Below are positions 21,069 through 34,268 of a stretch of DNA of 64,000 nt, piece by piece; the stretch's first letter is position 1, and every line of letters begins with the position of its first letter. Both the position numbers and the translations under genes were made by a program. Below the pieces are notes generated by a model. It saw only the letters and a list, made by a program, of their open reading frames with translations, was not told where the DNA came from and did no database searches. Source of the stretch: Takakia lepidozioides (Eukaryota; Plantae; Bryophyta); the NCBI GenBank assembly GCA_030704615.1, contig CM060732.1, positions 76,694,001 to 76,758,000 of the forward strand, read 5' to 3'.

Positions 21069-23506
21069 ATGAGCGATCATTCTCATCAAAGTACAAAAAC
21101 ATATCATGTGCCTCTATTTGCTGCATCATGGATTGTGCGGTCGCCTCAAATGAAATATGAATTTGACAAGACAAATATTGATTGTGGGATAAAAGAGCTC
21201 ATAATTTTGGCTGGAGATGGAGGCCCTAAACGTCAAAATTATGGTGTATCTAGCTGTCTGTTTCTAGCCCAATATGATTTTAATTTGGGTATATTATCGG
21301 ATGCTCTCCATATATTTTCAGTAGACAACACCCTCCTTCTAAACCAGCAATACATCCAGGAGGCGAGGGTTTTATTTGCGCATTTCAGAATGGATGTCAA
21401 TTATTTGAATTGAAGAAAACAGATATAGGAGAAGTAATGAGCCTAAGACCTAAAGACAACAAGTCATTCAAGCCACTGGAGTTTGTAGGAGAGCAAAAAT
21501 GTTTAGTATTTAGTGTCGATGGAACACGACTGGCCGTTGGCGGCAAGGATGGACATTTGCGTGTTGTAAAATGGTCACCTCTCAAAGTAAGTCCAACATT
21601 ACAAACTATCCGAGACTATTAATCAATAATGACATGTTAGAGAAGAATCCTAATTAGAACATATATAATTTGTGGATGAGGTTATAATCTTTCAGATTAT
21701 ATTGTCGATGAGTGTACGTTCCAAATTCCTTCTTTTGGTATCTTTTCATTTTTGTATTTTCTTAACAATGTTGTGCTTGGTCAGAGCCATCATTTCATGC
21801 TCATCCTCAACCGACTCTATCATTGGTTGTCTGGACGTACCCAGGTATGATGCACTTCATATGACAATATACAACGTGATATTTTAGTGGGACAAATCAT
21901 CGTTATATAGAAAATTATTTTAGCAAATTAAATTGTCTAGTGAATCTCACTAGATAGGAAAACTTAATAATGACAACACAAAACCCATGAAGCCAGAAGA
22001 TATGATACAATATAAACAATGTGGAAAGCCAACGAACCCACCTCCAGAATCAATAGTTCGAAGATGGAACAAAAAGCAGAGGAAATATCAATTAAATCAA
22101 AAGACAATCATGCATGAACAACAGTTTATAAAATCGTGTTATTCCACTTCGATAACTTTGGCTTCTTATATTTGATAAACATAAGCCAAAGCTCTTAAAA
22201 TTAAAGAAAAGCTTAAGATGCACCCTTCATGTCATAACATTGCCTTCAAAATGATTGATCATTATAAAGTTTCAAAATGACTATATAAAATTCTGGTCCA
22301 ACATAGCTATATGTACATATTAAAGAAAGTTATGCTACAAGGATGGATTACTTAAACTTTACATGCAAGAAAATTGATTGTAGGTAGTCCTCGACCAACC
22401 AAAAGCTCATAAATCAATTAAAGATTTGGACTTCAATTTGGTAAATTTTTGGCTTCAACTTCCGATGACAGTGGATGTCGCATATGGGATCTCGCAAATA
22501 ATACACTGGTGGTATCATTGCTATCAAATAAAAGAGAAAAATTTGGATTTGTTAGATTCTCTCGTAATGCTAGAAAACCATTATTGTATATAACCACAAA
22601 ACGAAAGGGAAAAGGTTTTATTTCAACATGGGATACCTCCACATGGAAAAGATCAGGATCTCAAAAGCTACAAGAAAAACCCATCTCCGCCTTTGCCATA
22701 TCACTAGATGGCAGGTACATTTCACAAACTAGACTAGATCTCAATTCCTCTAATCTACAAAAACAAAACATCTTAATATAGTCGTCTCAAACAGTATACA
22801 AATTATTTACATATTTTACGCATTCAACCTAATATATATGATTTATAACAGTATTATTCTTTTTTACATTTATTTACAAGATCATTTTGTGAATAAGGAA
22901 GAACAAACATATTAAAATTTCCACTATTTTGTTAGAGTTGTAAGAGATAATATTGGAATACTTAAAAAAAGATTGCAACAAGTACGTAGTTTTAAATTGA
23001 GTTTGTTAGTATCACACACACACACACACCAACTATGTAGTATTTGGACTTCACTACAAGCGTAGTGTTGAGTAACATGGTTTTGTAATTATTCTATTAC
23101 ATACAGGTCACTTGGCATTGGAAGCACAGATGGCGATGTCTCAATCATCAATACTGAAGGACTCTCAATACGTCATTACATAAAAAATGCCCACATGATA
23201 CTTGTTACCTCTATGGAATTTTCACCAAATGGTTGTGCTCTTTTGTCTGTGTCAGCAGACTATAGTGCTCATGTCACAACTATAAAACCATTCCAGAATA
23301 ATACATGGCGGAAATCTCTGTTTTTTTTCTTCATGTTTTTGCTGTCTATATTGATAGTGTTCATAGGTAATGGTTTTTACATGAGTAAGAAATCCCCATC
23401 CACTTTGTTATCCGAGATGATTGCTTGGTTGTACTCTTCGACTTTCATGAATCTGGGTAACTATGATGATATTTGTAATTGTGCAACGGGGTACTGTCGC
23501 ATGTGA
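21069..23506 (+). pseudogene. SEC12-like (SAR1 GEF/PREB) WD40 membrane protein, 3 exons (21069-21586, 22384-22714, 23107-23506), two frameshifts
   Basis: 'YHVPLFAASW', 'LAGDGG', 'AIHPGGEGFICAF..GCQLFE', 'LAVGGKDGHLRV', 'AHKSIKDLDF', 'LASTSDDSGCRIWD', 'AHMILVTSMEFSP' and C-terminal TM; GT-AG introns; frame changes near 21327 and 22440. Confidence 0.82.
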
Positions 23507-25288
23507 ACTTAATAATGTGAAATCGAATATATCATGGGTTGGCTTTGGATACTTATTCATGAAGTTTCATACATTGTGTGATATATGTTCATTTTTTTCA
23601 GCTTCAATGCCCACAATAACAATGTTCGAAGGTAACAGTTGAAACCAACATCCACTATTTGAAACCTATACTATGGTGGGTGTAGAAGTGGGTCCGAAAC
23701 CAACAAGTGTTTGAAAGATTAGAGCAGCCAATGCTCCAACATGTATGACTCATAGTAACACCTATATTTCATTTCTTCTATTCTCTTCAAATGTTTCTCG
23801 AACTTGCCGACAAAGAAAAAAACATATGGTACAATTTGATAGAGAGCTGGAAATCTGCTAGTTTGCATTGGACATCAACTAGCATCGAGTTTCCAGTGAA
23901 CTTGTTGTGGTTTGTAGCTACACATTGTGGGGGGCTTGACCCTACTTTTGTACTTTTGAGCTCCAGGGCTTTTGTCCCCTTTAATTATAAATTTTAAAAA
24001 AAAAAAACATGTCAAGTTTAATCTCAATTTTTTGACGCAAGAACTAGGTGTTTATAAATTGACCCAAGGGCCCAATTGTAATTTTCTCTTGGAATATCTA
24101 CTTAATATGTTGATTGGCTCCCTTAGTCTTAGCCCAGGCACCCCTTAAGTATTTCAAGGGTTGCTATGCATTTATCCTTAAATAAGTGAATTAAAAAAAC
24201 CAAGTTAATCGAGAACAACTTAATTTAAATGATAAATTAAATAAAATAATCATGTTTGGAAAGTTAAACAACAAAAGGGCCCAAGCAAGCAAGTGAATGA
24301 ATAACCATTTGTAGAGCAAACTGTCCTAGCTCTGCAAAAACTGGAAAACTTGTCAAATTTCAACATCACAAGTCGAGATTAAATCTAAGTCCATGACAAA
24401 TGATCCAGGCCTTTTAATTTGAAGTTTATGTCAAATAGATGATCCACATGTACTTTTATTTGGAGTTTTTGGGGGGCTGAAAAGAGGACAGAGGCAAGGG
24501 AAAAATAACCTTGCAAAATAGGCTTACAAAGGGGACACCCACCCGGAGGACATTTTATAGACAAAATATTTCATTTTTTAACAAATTATGCTTTAAACTT
24601 ATGAAACTACGCATTGAAAGACCACCTCAGACTTACTACGTTTTGTTTTGTTTTGTGTTTTCCTGCAAAAAGGGATGGAACCCTTGAACTAAATTAAAAG
24701 GGTGGAAAAAATAACCATCAGGGGGTACTATGTTTAAAAATACGAAATATTGAAATGTGTATATTTAAACAGTTTAAAAACATAAAAATAATTGTCAAAA
24801 TTTACCTATAAAGAATGCTCTTATCCAAAGAGCCTGCTGAGTCTAGCTCATGAATATCCAAAATTTTGTATTGAAAGCTTGGATCAGCTTATTTTCTGTA
24901 TGAACGTCCTAAATCCACATGATTCTGGGTTCAAATCCTGCTACCTTGTTGGGTGTGGTATATATTACCCTTGAGCCTTGAGCGCGACCTTTTTTTTTGG
25001 TCGAAAAATGGGACCAGAAATAGATTGAAAAGGGTGGAAAAAATAACTGGAAAAAATAACCACCAATGTCCATGTGGGATACGAGGGGAAGAGACCTAGG
25101 TGACTTTGAAAGAGGTTAACAAAAGGAAATAAAAAGAGGTTATTTTCTCCTCTCGAGAAATGTTTTTTCTTAAAACACCAGGGAGCGACAGGTAGGCTCC
25201 TTACAATCAAGGGGCCTGATTTGTTTCCTTTAGAGAAAATGAAAAAAGAAAAAAGAAAAAGAAAAAGTCCTGGTAGCCCTAATTACAC

Positions 25289-28200
25289 GGAAGATAATAG
25301 GAATAATGTAAGAACTTAATGCAAGCGCGTCAGGACGGTCCAGCCCTGACACCCGTACCGCCGGTTCTTCGCCTCCGGCAGACATCGAAAGGCAGCCGGC
25401 TGGGCTCGGTCAATCCCTCCCCACCCCCGCCCTCATCCCATCGGCGTCGTCGCCCCTGCGTCGTCGTTCAGCGACACCAGTCCGCCGCTTCCAGCAGTCC
25501 GCCAGTTCCCTGTAACCCCCGCCCGGGTTCAACCATCACCCCCATGTAACCCTCTGTAACTCCGCCGAGTGTAACCCACATTACCATGTAACCCTTTGTA
25601 ACCCATATAATCCCATGACCCTCTGTAACCCATGTAACCCTCTATAACACCGCAGAGTGCCACCCCCACTCCTATGTAACCCTCACTACATGTAACCCTC
25701 TGTAACCCATGTAACCCTTATAACACCGCAGAGTGTCACCCCCACCCCTATGTAACCCTCACTACATGTAACCCTCTGTAACACTTTGCAACCCTCTGTA
25801 ACACTTTGCAACCCTCTGTAACACTTTGCAACCCATGTAACCCTATGTAACCCTCTGTAACAACGCAGAGTGTCGCCCTCACCCCTTATGTAACCCTCAC
25901 TCCATGTAACCCTCTGTAACCCATGTAACCCTCTGTGACCCTTTGTAACCCTCACCACCATGTAACCCTCTGTAACACCGCAGAGTGTCACCCTCACCCG
26001 TATGTAACCCTCATTCCATGTAACCCTCTCTGACCCTCTGTAACCCTCACTCCATGTAACCCTCTGTGACCTCTATATCCCTCACCAGGTGTAACCCTTA
26101 CCTCCATGTAACCCTCTGTAACACCGCAGAGTGTCACCCTCGCCACCATGTAACCCTCACTCCATGTAACCCTCACAAACCCTCTGTGGCTCTGTAACCT
26201 ATGTAACCCTCTGTAACACCGTAAAGTGTCGTCCTCACCCCTTATGTAACCCTCTATAACCCATGTAACCCTCTGTGACCCTTTGTAACCCTCACCACCA
26301 TGTAACCCTCTGTAACACCGCAGAGTGTCACCTTCACCCCTATGTAACACTCACTCCATGTAACCCTCTCTGACCCTCTATAACCCTCACCACCATGTAA
26401 CCCTCTGTAACCCATGTGACCCTCTATATCCCTCACCAGGTGTAACCCTTACCACCATGTAACCCTCTGTAACACCGCAGAGTGTCACCCTCGCCACCAT
26501 GTAACCCTCACTCCATGTAACCCTCACAAACCCTCTGTGGCTCTGTAACCTATGTAACCCTCTGTAACACCGTAGAGTGTCGTCCTCACCCCTTATGTAA
26601 CCCTCTGTAACCCATGTAACCCTCTGTGACCCTTTGTAACCCTCACCACCATGTAACCCTCTATAACACCGCAGAGTGTCACCCTCACCCGTATGTAACC
26701 CTCACTCCATGCAACCCTCTCTGACCCTCTATAACCCTCACCACCATGTAACCCTCTGTAACCCATGTGACCCTCTATATCCCTCACCAGGTGTAACCCT
26801 TACCACCATGTAACCCTCTGTAACACCGCAGAGTGTCACCCTCGCCACCATGTAACCCTCCGTAACCCTCACAAACCCTTTGTGACACCGCAGAGTGTCG
26901 CCCTCACCCCTTATGTAACCCTCACTCCATGTAACCCTCTGTAACCCATGTAACCCTCTGTGACCCTTTGTAACCCTCACCACCATGTAACCCTCTATAA
27001 CACCGCAGAGTGTCACCCTCACCCCTATGTAACCCTCATTCCATGTAACCCTCTCTAACCCTCTGTAACCCATGTAACCCTCTCTGACCCTCTATATCCC
27101 TCACCAGGTGTAACCCTTACCACCATGTAACCCTCTGTAACACCGCAGAGTGTCACCCTCGCCACCATGTAACCCTCCGTAACCCACACAAACCCTCTGT
27201 GACACCGCAGAGTGTCACCATCATCCCCATGTAACCCTCACTCCATGTAACCCTCTGTGACCCTCCGTGGCTCTGTAACCCATGTAATCCTCTGTAACAC
27301 CGTAGAGTGTCACCCTCACCCCTTATGTAACCCTCACTCCATGTAACCCTTTGTAATCCATGTAACCCTCACCACCATGTAACCCTCTATAACACCGCAG
27401 AGTGTCACCCTCACCCCTATGTAACCCTCATTCCATGTAACCCTCTCTAACCCTCTGTAACCCATGTAACCCTCTGTGACCCTCTATATCCCTCACCAGG
27501 TGTAACCCTTACCACCATGTAACCCTCTGTAACACCGCAGAGTGTCACCCTCGCCACCATGTAACCCTCCGTAACCCACACAAACCCTCTGTGACACCGC
27601 AGAGTGTCACCCTCATCCCCATGTAACCCTCACTCCATGTAACCCTGTGTGACCCTCCGTGGCTCTGTAACCCATGTAATCCTCTGTAACACCGTAGAGT
27701 GTCACCCTCACCCCTTATGTAATTCTCACTCCATGTAACCCTTTGTAACCCATGTAACCCTCACCACCATGTAACCCTCTGTAACACCGCAGAGTGTCAC
27801 CCTCACCCGTATGTAACCCTCATTCCATGTAACCCTCTTTGACCCTCTGTAACCCTCACTCCATGTAACCCTCTGTGACCCTCTATATCCCTCACCAGGT
27901 GTAACCCTTACCTCCATGTAACCCTCTGTAACACCGCAGAGTGTCACCCTCGCCACCATGTAACCCTCACAAACCCTCTGTGGCTCTGTAACCTATGTAA
28001 CCCTCTGTAACACCATAGAGTGTCGTCCTCACCCCTTATATAACCCTCTGTAACCCATGTAACCCTCTGTGACCCTTTGTAACCCTCACCACCATGTAAC
28101 CCTCTGTAACACCGCAGAGTGTCACCCTCACCCCTATGTAACCCTCACTCCATGTAACCCTCTCTGACCCTCTGTAACCCTCACCACCATGTAACCCTCA
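25289..28200 (+). repeat. Left arm: ~260-bp unique TIR plus ~2.7-kb array of TGTAACCC-based subrepeats
   Basis: Continuous variants of CATGTAACCCTC/TGTAACACCGCAGAGTGTCACCC with higher-order periodicity. Confidence 0.92.
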
Positions 28201-28519
28201 GTATCACCGCCTCGTGTACATCATACACGTGTAAACTATCCGACGGCCGAATGGAGGTTTAAATAGAGGCCGAAACCCTAATTTGCTCTCTCCATCCGTT
28301 TCCAGATTCTTAGCTCGCTCGTTTTTTTGCTTTGGGGCATCAGCTTTCTGCAATTCCCATGGTGCCCAATCGGCTTCACACATCAATGCGAAAGATTTGT
28401 AGTTCATTCAGTTCAGTATCGTCATCCCAGCAACATACAAGACAACTCTTTCCGTGCAACGATCCGTCAAATTTATTACCACGGTTTTCTCTACGATTGA
28501 TACGGTTGTCTCTATTCTT

Positions 28520-28705
28520 TTTCTTTCTCAATGTCATTCTTGTTGTTTTGTCACCGTCCCCGATGGCTATGGTATTCCTAAGATCCGCATTAGGAAAGGG
28601 TTTTGTTTCTTTCGGTCTAGCCATGCAAGCAGCCGCTCATTTGACGGGGTGCCCATTCACTCTCCTCTCGTGTATCTTTTGTTCACACACCAGCCGGGGC
28701 AGCCT
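28520..28705 (-). pseudogene. Degenerate inverted copy of the accessory-gene zinc-finger segment
   Basis: Minus strand reads GCPGWCVNKKIHERRVNGHPVK*AAACMARPKETKPFPNADLRNTIAIG vs KCPYCGAVKVDKSRLNRHIVDGTAACMARPKGTKPFPDAELKHAMAVE in the + gene. Confidence 0.7.
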
Positions 28706-29521
28706 ACTCATCGCTATTATGGATGCAATACGTATCGAATCATGCGTGTTTTGCAAGCACTGTCAACCGGTTACATGTCTGATGGTTTATATGACTACCT
28801 CACGTGTGGTATGGTTACACACAGGGGGTTACACGGTGTTTTCTTTCTCAATACATGCTAGCTTGGTAGACGGTTTAGTAATGGAGGTTTAGATGGGTTG
28901 ACATGTTTGATGGGTTACGTGGATGTTGCGCTCGCGGAGCCACATAGGCTAGGGTTACATGGGTGGGGCATTACATTGACCATGTTTACCTGGAGGTTGC
29001 ATACTAATGGTTTGATATGACAGGGTTACATCGATGTTGTGTTCGGGAGTCACATAGACTAGGGGTACATGAGGTTGTGACGAAGGGTTACATCATATCT
29101 GGGTACCTGACGGAGGGTTACACTCGACGTGCCTGGCATTCGAGTAATGGCCGGTTTATCGCGCTCACAAGTGTAGGGTTACGGGTTACACTCCGCTATT
29201 CCGGGTGACACCGGGATTGCAACTCATACACGTGTGAGTCAGCGCGGATATAATTGATTGCAAGCCGCCAGATTTTAATGAACCACCGTCTTTCGCTTAA
29301 CCGACGTGCCTTACGGGTGACATCTAGCTAGCTTCGTTCTTCGTTCTTTGATCATTGTTCAGTTTTCCCCTTCTCGCAGCCATTCATATTCTTCCTGCAC
29401 TCCTTGCTGTGCGTGCTCCCTGTTGTGCATTCTTCGGAATTCTCTTGGTCTTGGTCTTTTCTTGTCTTGTCTTTTCTTGCTCTTGCTCTTCTCTTCTCTT
29501 CTGTCAGCTTTTTCTTTTGTC

Positions 29522-32500
29522 ATGGCTGATTGTTATTTGTTCCCTGGAGAGGCTACTATTCCATTTGATCACTTGAAAAGGGATGGCGAACGAGTTCGCT
29601 TTTGGTACACTGAGCATGAGCATGCTACAATGATCGCGTACTGCCACACCAGGTGTAGAGAGGCCAAGGTGGAGGGAGCAAAGGGCCGGCCTAAGTTCAA
29701 ATGTCCTTATTGTGGGGCAGTAAAGGTAGATAAGAGCAGATTGAATCGGCATATTGTCGATGGAACGGCCGCATGTATGGCCAGACCGAAAGGAACAAAA
29801 CCGTTTCCTGATGCGGAGCTCAAGCATGCCATGGCTGTTGAAAATGTGATGAATTCTGTTCCAGCTTCTTCTGTTGATGCATATCATGCATGGATTCTGC
29901 AAAATAGGGTGGCTTTGGGTGAGATTGCAGATCCTATTGAAGTGCCTGCTGTTGTACCTTCTTCGGCTATTTCTGCTACAGAGGTTCCATCTTCTAGTGC
30001 TCCTGCTGTTTCTGTCCCTGGTCCTTCTATTCGGCAGGTTTCTAACGAGAGAGACAAGCGGCGATTGAGCCCGCCTCTACCTGTCCCTATTGCAAAGAAA
30101 ATCAACATTGCAAACCGGGGAAACCGGAGCTCAAGGTTCATCTTGCGAAAGAGAACTCCAGGCTCAATCCTTCTGCTACCGCATGGCCTTATTCCTCAGT
30201 TCCCATTTCCGAATGTCAATGAGAAGGGGTTTTGGCCGGCATTCCAAGAATTTGTTGCGCGAGGCGAGGGCGCAGTCCATGCGACAGCTGCAAAATCAAG
30301 TTGGGTTCTATCGACAGACAATCAAGTTGGATTCCCTGCCATTTCTCTGTTTTTCAAATTTGGGCTGTTGTCTATCCATGTAACCCTTTGTGTTACCCCC
30401 CCTGTCTCTCCTGTGGCGTGTAACCCAGAGTGTAACCCACCTACAGAGGACCCCTTTTAAAAACCCCTATGGTGTGTAACCCACCTCTGTGTAACCCCGT
30501 GTAGCCCATCTTGTTTGTAACCCATTTTCATGTGTAACCCCTCGTGCTGTAACATTTTTCTCTGGTGTAACCCCTCACGCTTTATTGCGCAGGGAGGTCG
30601 ATATCATCTTAGAAGCGATGATATGGACAGTGTTGTTGCTGCCCACAAGGCATTTACTGCCCAGCCGGATCATGGTCCGTTAATGATAGAGGAATTGAAT
30701 CGGGTGAAGGAGTATTTAGAGAGCATTGGGCATCCTGACATGCCAAAGCAGAAAAAGAAAAAAGGTGGGAGACTTACACGAGTCCATCGAGAGAGCCAAG
30801 CCTCACATGATGATGACACGATGGACGAACTAGCTGTTGGCAATACCGACCTTGACGATGCCAGAACTTCAAATCCTCTTGTCATCACTACTGTAGATGG
30901 AATCAAAGGTTTGGTTGTTCCACATCCGTTGGAATTCACTCGTGGTTTTGCCGAAGGATTGATCAGTCAAATGGAGAATCTCACCAAACCGCACATTGGA
31001 CCGCCACCACTCCTTTTGAGAATTCTAGCCCACAACGATGTAAGAAATCATGGCAGGTCAGTTTCCCAAACGCATCCCAGGTTGGGGTTCACGACTGAAC
31101 TTCTGGAAAGTGCTCTTACGGCCTCAAAGGTGAAGGACCTGGTCGATGAGTATTATGGCTTTAGTCTGATGTACTTTGCACAACCTGGTGACGGAATTGC
31201 GACCTTGGATTCTGAGCTCGAAGACTTAAGATCGAGTTTGAGTACAGAAGAGTGGGGTGACCGGTCAATTAAGATCAACGGAGCTATATAGTTTTGCAAG
31301 GCAAGCCGTCGTCGCGCCGCCCATCACTTTGCGATCCAACAGAGAGAATCGTTTATCCAGCTTTGGTGTTGTGGCCTCTTCAGCGAATCACCAACAGAAA
31401 TGGACTTCAATGCGCGTTTGGGCATCCAGTATATGAGAGACCTTGGGTCTGTAGTGCCTTGGTATCTCTGTAAGTGTTACTCCATCCACTGTCACCCCTC
31501 TCGTCGTGTAACCCCTTTGTGTGTAATCTTGTAATCATTGTAACCCTCGCTATGTGGAACCTTGTAACTCAGTGTAACCCTCGTTGTGTGTAACCCTGTA
31601 ATCAGTGTAACCCTCGGCTATGTGGAACCTTGTACTCAGTGTAACCCTCGCTGTGTGTAAATCAGTGTAACCCTCGGAGTATGTAACCCTGTAATCAGTG
31701 TACCCCTAATGGTACCCCTCGCTGTGTTACCCTAGATTTGTTACCCTCTCGTTGTGTAATCTCAGTAGTGTAACCCATGGTAGTGTAACCCATTGCAAAC
31801 TACTGTCTCTAACAGGGTGGTGTAACCCATATCGTGTAATCCGAACCACTGTCTTGTCCTAGTCAGTGTAACCCTTACATAGTGTAACCCTTGCACTTTC
31901 AAAAACCTCGTTCCACGACTAAAAACCTTTGTCTTTTCCCCGATGCAGATGAGTCCGAGCTCATGACCAATCAAGTCGCCAATGCGTTCAAAAACCTTTT
32001 TGAGGCTCAACGTGAGCTTCACGAAGTTGTGTATGGGGCCCCTCCACAATGCGATACAGGGGGCGTAGGGGGCGCGCAGACGAGCGATGGGCCAATTTCC
32101 GCCCCGCAGAGCGATGATGTACATGACGAGGACATCATTCCAAGTCAATCTGCCGTTGTATCTTTGTCGCAGGTTGGTGAATTGTACTCAACCCAGCTGC
32201 ACTTAGGGGTGAACCTAGCAGACTTGACGCGGGATTTGCCCATGATTTCTGATATTGATACTGAAGATGATACATCAAGGTGGAACACCCAAGTGCGAAC
32301 CTCTTTGTCCGCAGCCCCAGTCATTTCTTTTGAAGGTCTTAATCGAAGAATCGGGGACCCGCTTGACCCAGAGTCTGTGTATGACTTTGAATCTGGAGAT
32401 GCTGGGTTGAACCCTCGATGCAGCAATGTAAGTATTTGTCAGGATCATGTGGTCAACCTCTCTCAGAATGACCCAGCCTTCGTGGGTCCCATTGATGCGC

Positions 32501-32919
32501 AGGGTGACTCTGCAAGGGGAGGATGCCCTGAAACCGAGGGTTACACTGCACCTGAGGGTGACACTGTGCAGAGAGGAGCAACAGGGAAGGAGGGTTACAC
32601 TGCACCTCAGGGTGACACTGTGCAGAGAGGAGCAACAGGGAAGGAGGGTTACACTGCACCTCAGGGTGACACTGTGCAGAGAGGAGCAACAGGGAAGGAG
32701 GGTTACACTGCACCTCAAGGTGACACTACGGATACCGGTGTGGCTGACAATGTCGTGAGGGACATTGTCGTGGGAACCACAGAAGATCGAACCCGTCATA
32801 GGCGGGCGTTTACTGCAAGTTGGTTCAACGAGTCAACCATGATAGCTTCCCGTACTCATATGATTAGTTGGCTGTGTGACGAGATGGACAAAGACTTGGT
32901 CAGATGGCCAAAGAAATAA
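29522..32919 (+). CDS. MULE accessory gene of unknown function, N-terminal C2HC-type zinc finger; exons 29522-30325, 30593-31469, 31949-32919 (~883 codons) with one premature TAG at 31289
   Basis: GT-AG introns with matching phases (0, 1) join three long ORFs; CPYC-x10-RH-x7-C motif; basic NLS-like KQKKKKGGR; acidic low-complexity C-terminus. Confidence 0.65.
32535..32730 (+). repeat. 54-bp coding tandem repeat (EGYTAPQGDTVQRGATGK, about 3.5 copies)
   Basis: GAGGGTTACACTGCACCTCAGGGTGACACTGTGCAGAGAGGAGCAACAGGGAAG repeated in frame. Confidence 0.9.
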
Positions 32920-34268
32920 ATAGCGTCTCTTGATGCATTTTTGCTTCTATGTGGTTTGTTCGTAACACTTCATAGTTTGGGTTTCATGCAATGGGCTTAC
33001 ATGGGGTTACACCTTATAAGGTTACATGAAGTGGAATCATAGACAAGTACTTGGGTACACCTTTGGGCCCTGGGGCAATGGGCTTACACTCTGTGGGTTC
33101 ACACATAAGTGATGGGTTACACCATGCCGGGTCTCACAACGTGGGGTTACACTTATGGGTTACATACCTGGCTATGTCAGGGTCACGTTGCTGAAACAGT
33201 ATACTTTCGTGGCATGTAACCCCACCTCGACTATGCGCATTTGTTTTATTTTTTATTTTTTTCGCACTGAAGTGTTTGTGCACTGAAGTTCTCAGATTTA
33301 TACTACATGGGGTTACATACATGAGGGCTATGTACAATGGGTTACATACGATGGGGTCACAATAGTGTGGGGGTAACATCTGGTCGGGCTACATACTTCT
33401 TGGAGTTACAACACTCTGGGTTACACTCACTCAAGAGGGTTACACAGTTCTAAGTTACACTGTGCACAATGAAAGTGGGCAGGGTTGCCTATACAAGGGC
33501 TACGTGTCGTGGGGATACATAAGATGGGGTGATGTAGCATCGGGGTTTATAGCGTGCACCCCAAATTGTACAATGGGTTACATGCGATGGGGTGACATCA
33601 ATGGGGGTTACATATGGTCGGGATACATACTTCTTGGGGTTACACAACAACAAGTTACACTCCGGAGGGCTACACTGGTCCATAACATAGGTTGAACGGA
33701 ATGATTATCTATCTCATGGATTACACGTCCATGGGTTACACACAAATTGGGTTACACATAGAGGGGTTACACATACAGGGGCTAGTGTTGGTGACTAAAG
33801 GTGCTCGACTTCAACATCTTCCCACTCTGTATTGAAGGGTCATGTAACCCCGGTAGACTAACCCAGACCCTGTAGTCACATTGTAGTCACATTGTTCTCA
33901 GAGTTACACCACTGACAACAATATTCTATGGGGTTACATACTAGGTTACACTGTTGATAGTTACATTGCAGTTACACTTGGAGTTACACCACAATGAGTT
34001 ACACTGAAGAGGTTCACACTCATCTGTGTTACACTGTGTGGAGTACCACAGATGCAAGTTACACTAAGTAGAGCTATGTTACGTTATGAAACCCCAGACA
34101 GTGTAACCCTGCGGTGTGTCACCCCGGCCCATGGGTGTCCCATTGAGTGGGTTACATAGGTTGAATGTGGATGGAATGGCAAAGTGAATAACAACCCATG
34201 AACAGACATGTACTTCATATTAAACTTGGTGATCACAAAGTAAGTGTCATTGCCAATGGACTCAATGG

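Noticed and set aside
24490-25155. Recurring GGAAAAAATAAC words, one inverted, suggesting another DNA-transposon relic
   Set aside because: No TIR pair or TSD could be defined
25686-27959. Many ORFs of RVT/GYM/GLH repeats (also 38138-39296)
   Set aside because: Translation artefacts of the TGTAACCC arrays
25510-28200. CRISPR-like or true telomeric array
   Set aside because: No unique spacers and eukaryotic context; the unit is not TTTAGGG and the arrays lie inside a TSD-bounded transposon
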